NCBI RefSeq assembly: GCF_009914755.1
Contig: NC_060928.1
Strand: one strand, 5' to 3'
DNA: 64,000 nt
Origin: the human T2T-CHM13v2.0 reference genome, Homo sapiens
Both the position numbers and the translations under genes were made by a program. Shown here one piece after another: positions 51,982 to 64,000 of this stretch (positions are counted from its first letter, which is position 1; each line of letters starts with the position of its first letter). The notes below the pieces were generated by a model, which had not been told where the DNA came from, did not search any database, and saw only the letters and a list, made by a program, of their open reading frames with translations.

Positions 51982-54971
51982 TTACAGTTTGTTGTTTGGA
52001 ATATTATATACTTTTTTTTTTAAAAGAAAGGTCTAAATCTTTCCAGAAAGGTCTAGAATTCTAGACAGAAAGGTCTAGAAAATTCTAAGTATCTTCAGGG
52101 AAGCAATAGTCATGGCAGTTAAGAATTTCTCTTCCATTTGCTAGCTCTTTGAATGTTTCCTTTAGATCTTGTATCTCTATCTCCTCATCGGGAAATGGGG
52201 ATAAGAGAGTATTTGATATTCTAGGACTAAATCAGTTAAACCATTTAATGTGCTCAGCATGGTAGTTGGCTGGCAGTTTTCCTCTCCCTTCTTTTCTTTA
52301 TTATTGTGATTAAATTCTGAATATTTATTTTCAATAAATCTTTATAGTTATAATGAATAATTAGTCTCTAAAGAAAATAAGTATGTCTACATTTAAGATA
52401 AGAACTTTAAGGTCATCAATATGTTCTTCAGCATTGATGATGACTGATTAATCGATTAGTCTTACGTAAAGAAGATGTGAATTAAACATGGAGAAATATA
52501 TTCACTGAAACCAAATGGACCATTTTTCAAATGCTAGAACTGACTCTAATTATTTGCACTTATTTTGATTGCTGTATTGTATTTTATGATTTGCATTATC
52601 TTATTACCATACGACCACTGTTACGGTGGGAAAAATTTATTTTATATGATTCATAAGAAACAGTTGGAGAAATCTGCCCTTCATACGTAAATCTCTGTTG
52701 ATACTTTGCAACAGTTAGCAAAGTAAAGTTGAAGCATCAAAGGGATATATAAAGATCATGCAAGCTGTGTACAGTGGGCTCTGTGATTTGTAGTGACTGT
52801 CAGGGAAAACAAACTCATTGTAATTTAAGAATCATGATGAGAATAGGGAGCAGGGAATACACCATTCCTCAATCCTGGCACCTGTATTTATGAATAGAAT
52901 GCAAATTATTTGGCATATTGCACATATTTTTAAAAACAGAATTCTTCATTGGTGAATAAATCCAGTATTTAATAAGGCCCTGCTAGGCACTTAGCACTTG
53001 CCAAACCCCACATTTTACAAAAAAGCTATAGGCCATATGAGTGCAAAGTAAAGGGAACAAATGTATAGAAAAATTAAGGTCATGGAAGCTTCCAAGGTAT
53101 TGTCTGATAGACATTAGAAAATTCCCAAATCCATTAATATCAAAATAACAAGATAGCCATCTCTCTTTAAAATGTAGTAAAGTGAAACTGGAAACTTTCT
53201 GGTATTCCCTTTGGAACCTTAATGTGTTACTTATATTTAGTGACCAGAAGAAGCTACTTAAATTTAGTTAACATATTCCAGGTGGTAGAGTAGGCCCAAT
53301 CTCAATCTGGAGATAAATGATTATTCTTATACCCTACTCTCATAACACTAATTACATTTGTGTAATATTAAAAATGATAACATATTATTGATCTTCAGGG
53401 TCAGTCTCACCAATTGATGCTGTAGGAAGTCAAGATTCACAAGATTTGCTCCTTTTTAATTAAAATACTAAATATGTGGTATTTATTTAACAAATGAGTT
53501 AGAGAAAAGTGTGAGCATGATAGACATTTTGGGTGAGTGGCTGCAGAAAACCCGTGTCTAGCCCTAGAGCCTAAATCAGAGGCCACCCATTTCTGAATTC
53601 TGCACCTTTGCTCCGTGATTTCCCTTACTGCCTTTTAAAACCAAATTAAGGAAATGGATCGAATTTCCCCAGTTTAAGTTTTTTTCTATACAATTTTCTT
53701 AAACCCTTGGCACTTACTCCTTCTTGCCTGCGAGTGAGAGCTGGCAGATGATACAATGAATGAACAAGCAGCAAATGAATATTAACAGAAAACTCAGAAA
53801 CCGTCAAACAGCTTGTTTTCTGTGTGTAGACGTGTGTGCTCGTGGTTGTGATTCTATATGGGATACATATAATAAAATCATATGTTCTGCTCCTAGTTTT
53901 TACAGAATTGAATATATCAATATGCCACAGTGTTCCGCAAAGGGGATGGTGTTTTGCAAAAAATAAAAATAAAAATCATGATTGGTAGGTTCAGCATCAC
54001 CTGAGGAAGCTAAGGGACAGGGCCTCTAGGCAGGGAACAATGAGAAGAGGAGTGACCTTCCAGGAGGCAGAAACCCACCACTAATCGAGCCACTGGAGAT
54101 GGACATGCAAATGGTGTGCATGGAGAAATGGGATGCTTTTCACTGGCGAGTAATGAGACATAGGAAAACGATGATCAAGGTAAAGTATGGCATTCTACTT
54201 CTGTTATTGAATACAGTCTTTCTCATGTGCTTCTTGTTTAAAGAGGCAACATAAGGTCTATAGGATACGACTTTGAAACAATGTACAGGAGATCCAATTC
54301 TATGTTCTGATTTTTAATGTCTCAAATTAGAAAAGATATTCCCTGTCATTCCATTTTTCAGAATATTAATTGACATCCATCCAGATGTTGAAATAAATTG
54401 ATTGGATATTGTTTACTTTTGTTGTTTTTGTTCAACTCCTCTATGTCAGGAGAAATTGTGTTGCTATTTAGAAGGCTAAGGTAAAAAGCTGTCACTCTGG
54501 CTCTTTGCATATTACTTTTTGCCCCTTGGGGTAACCTTATAGCCAGATGTGACATAGTGGGTTGGTGCAATCACTTTGATGGGGGGAATTACATACGATA
54601 AATTCTGAAGAGGAGAAAGAAACATTTCCTTTGCATTGATTTTTTTTTCCAGCTTTTTTCTTCCTCTCATGTTGCTGCATTCCTACTAAATTATATGTTA
54701 TTTATTTTGAAAGAATTTTTACTGGGGAACTTTTCTGAACCGAATGCTTTCTCTTTTATTATGAAATGTCTCTCCTATCCAGTCCTCTTTTTCCTTCTCT
54801 ATGCTCTCACCGCATTCATTCTGTGTACTTATATTTTTCTACGTGTAAGTTTTTCTGAACTGAATGGCAATTCATAGGCCTTTTGTAGTCAGATGCCATG
54901 CTCTATGATGTGTTCTTGTTTCCCCAGTGTAAGACACACAGAAGACAGGAAATAGGTGTTGAACAAATGTA

Positions 54972-54998
54972 TGAATGAATGAATGAATGAATGAATGA
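54972..54998. repeat. (TGAA)n microsatellite, probably an L2 3' tail
   Basis: tgaatgaatgaatgaatgaatgaatga, preceded by L2-like 'taggtgttgaacaaatgt'. Confidence 0.85.
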
Positions 54999-55562
54999 TT
55001 CAGAATGGTATTATAAACAGTCAACATCACATTACTTTCTTATGAAACTTCTTCCTGGAGCCCTATTATGTATCAGAGGCACACTCAGGATTTTTAAACA
55101 AAAACACTCTCATTGCTGGGTAAATTAAGACCTACAGTTGACAAATAAGACAAGAAATATTTGTCAGATGGAAGTTGTAAAGTTCTTGGTTGAAACGGGT
55201 TCTGATGGTCTTATCTAGATTACTGCAGTAGCCTTCTAAGTGACTCCCTCATTTCCAGATGTGATCCCTCATCCCTCAATCCATTCTACACTTGCTAGAC
55301 TGAACTTATTAAGACACCATTTTATTGCCATTCTTCTGTTCAGAAATCTTCTATTATATTGACTGTCTTATACTTTAATTAGTTGTCTTACACTTATCTT
55401 TCCAATTCATTGTACAATTGTTGAGAGAAGAGAATATAATCACTTCTCTATCTCTACTTATCTGTATGCACATGTAAAAAAATCAAACTTCACCCAAGTA
55501 GATTCTAGTCTCCTCTTATTTCTGACAAGTGACAAGAACATTATTAACCTAAAACTATTTAG

Positions 55563-55882
<320 letters not shown>

Positions 55883-56141
55883 ATAAAAATATTCTTAATT
55901 TTTTTTATTTTTTAAAATTTCTATTCACATTAAAAAGAATGCAATCTGATACTGTTGTTATCATAAACCCATTTTGTATGTCTATATAGTTTAATTAGGA
56001 ATGACCTATATATTTGAAAAACTGGCTATCGTACAATAGACCCCTTTTTGTTTTTCTAACGTTTATAACCATGCCTTTCTGGAACAGTCCCAAAGAAAGA
56101 ATTTATTCAACCGCATGCTCACACTCCCTATTTCCTCCTGA

Positions 56142-56464
<323 letters not shown>

Positions 56465-57394
56465 ATTTATTTACTTTCTTTATAGTGAGCGCAGTGCCCA
56501 TCTTACTCGAAGGTGTTCTCCTTCAACCATGTTCTGAGTATAATACTAACGCTCTAGTACCAGCCCATGTCTACCAAGGGCCTGGTTGCAGTCATTACTT
56601 TCAAACAACCACACCATCCTCTATGCTGATTTTTTTTTCTTGGAGTGGATTCTCCTGCTTCACATGACAAACTGTTGTTTGTTTTTTGGGATTCAGCTTT
56701 GTTGTCACATCTGCTATTAAGCTTCTGGTGACTCTCTTACATGTGTTAATGTCATATACATGCCATGATTTGTCAGATTTTTTTTAAGTGTCTGTGACTA
56801 AATTTGAATTCTTTAAAGACAGAACTCTGCCTTCTCCATCTCAGCCTCTACAGATCTTTGCACAGAACTCAGCAAATTCTGTGCACTCAGTGAATGCTTA
56901 TTGAATGTTTAGGTGTTTGCATATGAAACTTAATATTTAAAAATGCACTTAGGAACGCGGTGGGGAATGGATGATGAGTGAGGAGCTTCCATGTCTAAGT
57001 TTTAGCTCTGCCACTAATTGATTGAACACTTTGGAGAAATATTTTCTCTCTGAGCTTCAATTTTGTCATCTGGAAAATTGGAGTGATGGAGGAATGGAAA
57101 GAACCAGACCTTCATGTAAGCCCTTCAAGACCTACTATAGGGTGTATGCTGAGTGCAGAGGCAATATAAGCTTAGCCATAAGGATGAGAAATGTTATTTT
57201 AAAACAAACAAAATTAGATATGCAACAAGTCACAGAAGCTGAAAAGTTCCTCCTGAGGAACTTTTCTTTGATGGGGGGAGTTACGTATAATAAATGAGGT
57301 ATTTCAGGAAGGTTTTATAGACCCAGGGATAGCATCTGGGTCTGTGGAAGCATGTTAGATTGCCTACTCTTGAGCTTTGGATTCTAGAGAAGCA

Positions 57395-57633
57395 CTTGGC
57401 AGAGTGTAAAGATGATGGGCTTTGCATTGATCAGGTATGGGTTTGAGTCCAGATTCTTGCTCTAACTATGTAACCTTGAACCTTAATCTTCCTGTGCATA
57501 AGTTTGGTCAGCTGTAAAATTTGGGCTAAGAACTTGTCATCAGAGTTGTTTTTTAAAAAAATTATAAATTAGACATACTCCACGCAGTGCTTGATGAATA
57601 GCAGACACTGAATGAATCATAGCTATTACTATT
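57395..57633 (+). mobile_element. MIR SINE
   Basis: 'gggtttgagtccagattct..taactatgtaaccttga..cagctgtaaaat..agagttgtt..cagtgcttg..agctattactattat'. Confidence 0.65.
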
Positions 57634-58410
57634 ATGGAACTAAAATTAATGCTGCTGAGATAATAATTCTGTCTTAATGTGTCAACTATCACTAACGGTA
57701 CAGAACAAAAAGGAAAAAAGACATAATTAACCCCGTTAACCACCTGAAAAATAAAAGAATTCTATTTCCAGCCCTCTGATAAAAGGCCAATTGGCAAGTT
57801 TTGGGTGTTCAAAGATTATTTTTATTCTGTCATTGCTCTCGTTCCAGTTATGAACTCAGTTCAAAAATAATGATTATTCAGTGAATATGCCTAATGATGC
57901 CACACATGTATGAGCAGAATTAAGGGGAGCATAGATTTACACTAAATAAGCAAATAAAAATATATCAGCCTGCCCAACTGTGGACAGGCAATGTGAGCTT
58001 AACGCAGCTCCCCATCCTATTAAAATACACACGGAGTTATTGAAGATTCTCTCTAATAGATATTTACTGTGTGTCTCAGTGTGAAACATCTGGATCTATA
58101 AAAATTATGAGATACGTTTTTCAGAATAATATTGCTAATAATTTTGGGTTGCTAAAATTAGTCACCATAAAAAGAACTTAGATATTAAGATATTTTCTGT
58201 GTAACTGAAAAAGATGATCATGGTTGGCCCTATTTTATAGTGTTCCAGCCATAAGTTATAATATTTACACATATTCTAAAACCACCATCAATTAGTCTAT
58301 ATGTTTTTTTCACCCCTCAGTGTGGTACCCATTTGAAATACATGTTGTATAGAAAACATATGGAAATCAAACAGAAGCAGCTCGTTTCTTCTATAAAAGT
58401 TGTACTTATG

Positions 58411-58755
<345 letters not shown>

Positions 58756-60332
58756 CTAAGAAGATACTTTTTAAGACACTTGTAGACAGGTCATCTTTTT
58801 CTCTGTGTTTATAGCTTTGGTTTTAGGCTTAAAGTCATGAAAGAATTTTGAGAAAATGATTGTTTCATAAATATGTTCCATAAATTGTTTTCCAAAGCCG
58901 CCTTCTAACAGGCAGGTATCTATAAAATAATTTTTAAAATGTTAATTAAAAACTTTGATTTTATTGCATATATTATTCTTCTTAGTAAAACTAGATCTAA
59001 TGAATAAAAGCAATTCAAACGACATTCTTGTTGGCTGTGTCACTGCCTGAGATTTTGAATGGATGCTAACCGCTCTCTTTGGAGTGCAAAGGATGATTGT
59101 GATTGTTTCTAGTATTTGAACACCAAACTTCCATGACTGCTGCCATACAGGATCTTAACTTCACCCTCTTGACTTTTTAATAGTTCCCTAATTGAGACCC
59201 CCATGCGAGTCTTTCCTTGCACCATTTTCCCCTCTACTGCTGCTACAGCTATTGTTCTAAAATACATCTGGCCATGTTACTTCCGGGCCAAAAACTCCAT
59301 GATCCACTCTTAAAAAATGCAAACTCCTACCTTGGTATATTACCCTTTTCCCAAGGACCCCATACTCATTTGACAACTTATCACTTGCCTGTCTGTTTCA
59401 TGACCCTTAAGCTCTATTCAGACCCAACCATTCTCCATTCAACAAATTTGCCATTGACATTAATAGTTTCATAATTTTTCATCAGTTCTTCCCCCTCCCT
59501 GGAATCCTTCTACTTCAGCCTCTTCTCCATGGGGACAGATTCTGTCGACCCTTCATGAATGAACTTCAGTGTTTCCTCTGTGCAGCCCTCCTTACTCTAG
59601 TAGACTCTAGAAGACAGGATTTGTAACTCCTTCGGGCCACTCACAATATTTATTCCCACCTTTTCATAGTACTTACCATCACAAATTGTGATGCCATCAC
59701 ATTCTATTGCGGTTTATCTGTTTCTGCGTCTGTCCACACTAGGGGTTCTTCAGAAGGAAAGTGTTTCTTAATAACAAATTAATAACTCCAGTGCTTCTGC
59801 AAATGTTTAGTATTACAGACCCTCCATGTTGAATAACCGAGTGGATGGAAACTTGCAGTGGCTGACTCATTGACAGATAGAACACCTATTCGAGGAGTAC
59901 AGTCTGTCCTATGTAGTTTAAGTAAAAGTTGACTTAATTGCTGATTAAATAATTTATATAATGCTCATAGTATTTATACATATTTGCTCTTATTAATTAC
60001 ACAATTATGATTAAACTATCAAGCACAAGCTATGCATAATGATGAAGGTCTGCAGTCAGACAGAAATGGCAGGAATGGAAGGCAGAGTCTCTCTGGCATT
60101 CTCAGTGCTGATGTAAGCTTCGGTAGGATGCACAACTTCTCATGATCCCTTCTTCAGTTCCATTCCACTGGGCTATCTGTTGCCAAAGCAATGTAGTTCA
60201 TTCCTTATTATCCTGTTTCCACCTCAGCTTCCATGTATGGGATTATTATTGCTTTTGTGGCCACATAACTAGTGAGTATCTCTGTGTAGCATTCTATGAA
60301 GTATGTAGGTGCAGTGGCAGCATACAGTATGC

Positions 60333-60717
60333 AGTCTTAGCCTTCTTATGTTGCTGTAAGAAAGTACTGTGGATTGGGTGGCTTCAACAACAGAAATTTA
60401 TTTTCTCACAGCCCTAGCGATTGGAAGTTCAAGATCAAGGCGCTAGGAGTGTTTGTCTGGTGAGGTCTCTCTCTTTGGAGTTCAAATGCTTGCTCTTCTC
60501 AATGTGTGCTCATGTGACTTCTTTGTGCACCTGCAGAACGGGACAGAAAGAGAGGAAATGCTGTCGTGTATCTTACACAATTCGTATCTGATCCGGACCC
60601 CACCCTTATTAACTCACGGAACTTTAATTACTTCCTTACTCCAAATACAATCGTGTTGGCGGGGTTAGGACTGCAACATATGACTTCTAGGAGGACATGT
60701 ATGCTCAGTTTGTAACA
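60333..60717 (-). mobile_element. MLT1A/B-like MaLR solo LTR
   Basis: 'gggtggcttcaacaacagaaatttattttctcacag..ggaagttcaagatcaagg..ccccaccctta..taattac..ccaaatacaatc..ggttagga..caacatatga..taaca'. Confidence 0.88.
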
Positions 60718-61360
60718 CACATTATTGTAAAATGTACTTATTAGAAGTTTTAGTGCCATAAAAACTTCAATTATGATGTGGAATCTAGGACTAAGACAAA
60801 CATGTTTCCAGCCAGCAGAATGTTCAAGGAAGCTGTGAGTGTGCAGCCTTACCAAGTTTTCTGCACATAACCCTCTTTCTTCATTAAGGTGACTGTAATT
60901 TTTTTTCTGCTAAATTTGGAAGCAGCTCCTCCTTGCACCATTCATCTTTGTCAGAGTTCCTTGTCTGTTCAAATGTTTTGTAGCCACTTTGACTAATTCT
61001 GAGGCTTGATGTTCAGAATTTCACTTTGATAAAACATAGAATCATTTTGCATAAAGCACATGGGCGTGGCTTTTATTTAATATGACAACAGGACTTAATA
61101 AACTTTCCCTCTGCCGTTCCAAATATTTATTCAAAATGGCCTTATTTGTGGTTACCTTATCCTACTGTCATTTTTGATATTACCTTATGATTACATAAAA
61201 TATAAATCTGCTTTTTTCTTGATTTCATATACCAAAACTATTCTCATTCGTCTCGGGTCGCGGGATTTTGAGATCCCGTTGCCTAAAGCCATAGAGTTAG
61301 ATGGTTTCTAAAGGTGCTTGCTGAGTGCCTCTTTAAAGGTGTAGAAAGAGCAGCAGCAGT

Positions 61361-62230
61361 TCACAGTCCCACCAACAGTGTAAAAGCGTTCCTGTTTCTC
61401 CACATCCTCTCCAGCACCTGTTGTTTCCTGACTTTTTAATGATCGCCGTTCTAACTGGTGTGAGATGGTATCTCATGGTGGTTTTGATTTGCATTTCTCT
61501 GGCCAGTGATGGTGAGCATTTTTTCATGTGTTTTTTGGCTGCATAAATGTCTTCTTTTGAGAAGTGTCTGTTCCTGTCCTTCGCCCACTTTTTGATGGGG
61601 TTGTTTGTTTTTTTTCTTGTAAATTCAACCATTGTGGAAGTCAGTGTGGCGATTCCTCAGGGATCTAGAACTAGAAATACTATTTGACCCAGCCATCCCA
61701 TTACTGGGTATATACCCAAAGGACTATAAATCATGCTGCTATAAAGACACATGCACACGTATGTTTATTGCGGCACTATTCACAATAGCAAAGACTTGGA
61801 ACCAATACAAATGTCCAACAATGATAGACTGGGTTAAGAAAATGTGGCACATATACACCATGGAATACTATGCAGCCATAAAAAATGATGAGTTCATGTC
61901 CTTTGTAAGGACATGGATGAAATTGGAAATCATCATTCTCAGTAAACTATCGCAAGGACAAAAAACCAAACACTGCATGTTCTCATTCATAGGTGGCAAT
62001 TGAACAATGAGAACACATGGACACAGGAAGGGGAACATCACACTCTGGGGACTGTTGTGGGGTGGGGGGAGGGGGGAGGGATAGCATTAGGAGATACACC
62101 TAATGCTAAATGACGAGTTAATGGGTGCAGCACACCAGCATGGCACGTGTATACATATGTAACTAACCTGCACATTGTGCACATGTACCCTAAAACTTAA
62201 AAGTATAATAATAATAATAATAATAATAAT
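61361..62230 (+). mobile_element. 5'-truncated, 5'-inverted L1 (L1PA3-like), about 870 bp
   Basis: Perfect TSD aaagagcagcagcagt at 61345-61360 and 62231-62246. Antisense ORF2 segment 61361-61625, then sense ORF2 end, 3'UTR and (TAA)n tail. 3'UTR 'ctaaatgacgagttaatggg' lacks the L1HS-Ta ACA. Confidence 0.96.
61632..62003 (+). pseudogene. C-terminal remnant of L1 ORF2p
   Basis: '[60 protein letters not shown]'. The preceding cysteine-rich part ([18 protein letters not shown]) is on the opposite strand. Confidence 0.93.
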
Positions 62231-64000
62231 AAAGAGCAGCAGCAGTGGCCTCATGTCTCTGTGAGATATGTGAGAATTCCACTTAGTGGCTCAGACATTG
62301 TCAACAGCACCCAGCCTGCCTTGTGGAAAAAAAAAATATATTGAGTTTGGTGGTTTACTTGGATTATAATAAACATAAGAGGATATATATAATAAAAAGC
62401 AACCTGGATAATATCTCATATTTTCTTTGAGTAAGAGTGATGTAGGTCTGTTTTGCCTTCGTGTTAGAATTGTGGCTTATGTAACAGATCCTGAACTTAT
62501 CAAGGTATCATAATCTGTAAAAACACAAAACACAGTCTCTGTCAGCTGATTTTTACAAACAGTTTTAAAGCATTTGATGTGGGCCAGGGCCTTTGAACTC
62601 TGCTTTAGGAACTGAAGAACTGTGACTGAGGTTTAATACAATGCCGGAGACTGGCTGTAATGCTGCAATTACAAGAATGACTTTCAATATTAAATATATC
62701 TGTCTTTTAAATTTTGCTAGATATGTACCTTTAATCTGCTTTAAGTAAAACTTCCACTCCTATGATTTAAACAGAAATGGCAGAGGAGAATATGAGCTAT
62801 TTGATCAAAAGAAAATCATTTTAAATGTTGAACATGGCTCATTATTACTGTTAATTGGTTACATATATTGTTAGTTTTAGTAATGTTTTTCTTCCTAGAT
62901 TTTATATTGTAGCTTTCAATTTGATAAAGCCCGAGGCACAAAAAGATTGGGAGCACTTTACACATTAAGTGAAGAGAAAATGTAATTTTTGTTTTGTTCT
63001 TTTTAGTTGCGAAAAGATTATTTGAATTTATGGAGATTTCGCAGATTAGGTTTTCAAAAAGTTAGCTTTAAAAGTACTGTGTATATCTAGGCTTATATAA
63101 TTCAAAAGATGAGATTTTTGCAGAATTGGATGAAAAATCTTATTTAATGTTTTGAAATGATCTGACTTTTGTTGGCATATAAATCTTTAAGGTACGCGAT
63201 ATTCATTATTTTCACATATTTAGGTACAAATTAAATCTTGAGTAAGCCATCAATTTAAGATAGACATATTTTTTCATTAGATACAGCAGACATACAAAAT
63301 TATTATTGTAGTGGTATTTTAATATCACATGTCATCTGAATGCTATGCACATATTTTTTAAGCCTCTCTGTGTTCCGCTAGGTAAGGTACGAAGAGGATA
63401 TATTTGTCAGATTGGGAACCACGAATTGAAGTTCAAAACATAAGAGCACCACTTTTTTAGAATTAGTTTTTTCTTCCCCAACTCCACTCACATGAAAAAA
63501 AAATCTTAATTTTCTAAATTCATTCTCAATGTTTCTTTTTACTTTTGTGAACTGATGAGTAAGAGTAGAAGTAATTTTGAAATGGAAATATTGAGCTGCA
63601 AATAGAAATATTGAGCATGAATCCTCTCACATGAGGATACCTGGGTGATGCATATCATGGAATGATGATGCATGCTGGGAGTGACCTGCAATGGAATGGG
63701 CTTGGGGACAATCTGTTGCTCTAGGAAATGTCAATGCACAGAGTTGATGCATTCCAGTCTTTGGCATCTGAGATTGGATTATTTGCCAAGACATGCTCAT
63801 AAAAAGGGCAGCTTTTTATTCACCTTTGCCATGTAATCGTACTGTAAATGAGTTATGTCTTTCATAGGTCTCTGTATGCTTCTGGGACACGTCTCAGATT
63901 GTAGATCATTAATATGACTTGTCATATGGATCTCCAGACTTCTGCCTTCCCATTGTTTTCATCCAAGGATCTACAGTTTCTTTCTGTTCTTCTTTCCTGT

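Noticed and set aside
61361-62230. Active or human-specific L1HS
   Set aside because: Under 1 kb, lacks the ACA/ACG diagnostic, and has older L1PA-type 3'UTR characters.

Overview
This is AT-rich, CpG-depleted human genomic DNA (intronic or intergenic), not microbial: it carries human-specific AluYa5 and SVA_F insertions. I cannot support any protein-coding gene, RNA gene or CRISPR array. The ORF track is mostly chance ORFs or translations of Alu, SVA, L1 and Tigger sequence. The most notable structure is one composite retrotransposition event at 21805-23460, bounded by a single target-site duplication (TSD). It is a 5'-truncated SVA_F with an internal twin-priming inversion plus a 3' transduction (AluSp with its own old TSD, about 80 bp of unique DNA, a second AATAAA and poly-A). 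As I recall, that architecture matches progeny of the active chr10 SVA_F1 source element; I could not verify this. Also present are a twin-primed L1PA3-like 3' fragment with a perfect 16-bp TSD, a near full-length Tigger2, about a dozen Alus, solo LTRs, and MER/MIR/L2 fossils. An unexplained 113-bp dispersed duplication has one copy with exon-like splice signals and a codon-like substitution pattern. Subfamily calls come from remembered consensus sequences, and boundaries of old repeats are approximate. I found no convincing wholly new biological system.
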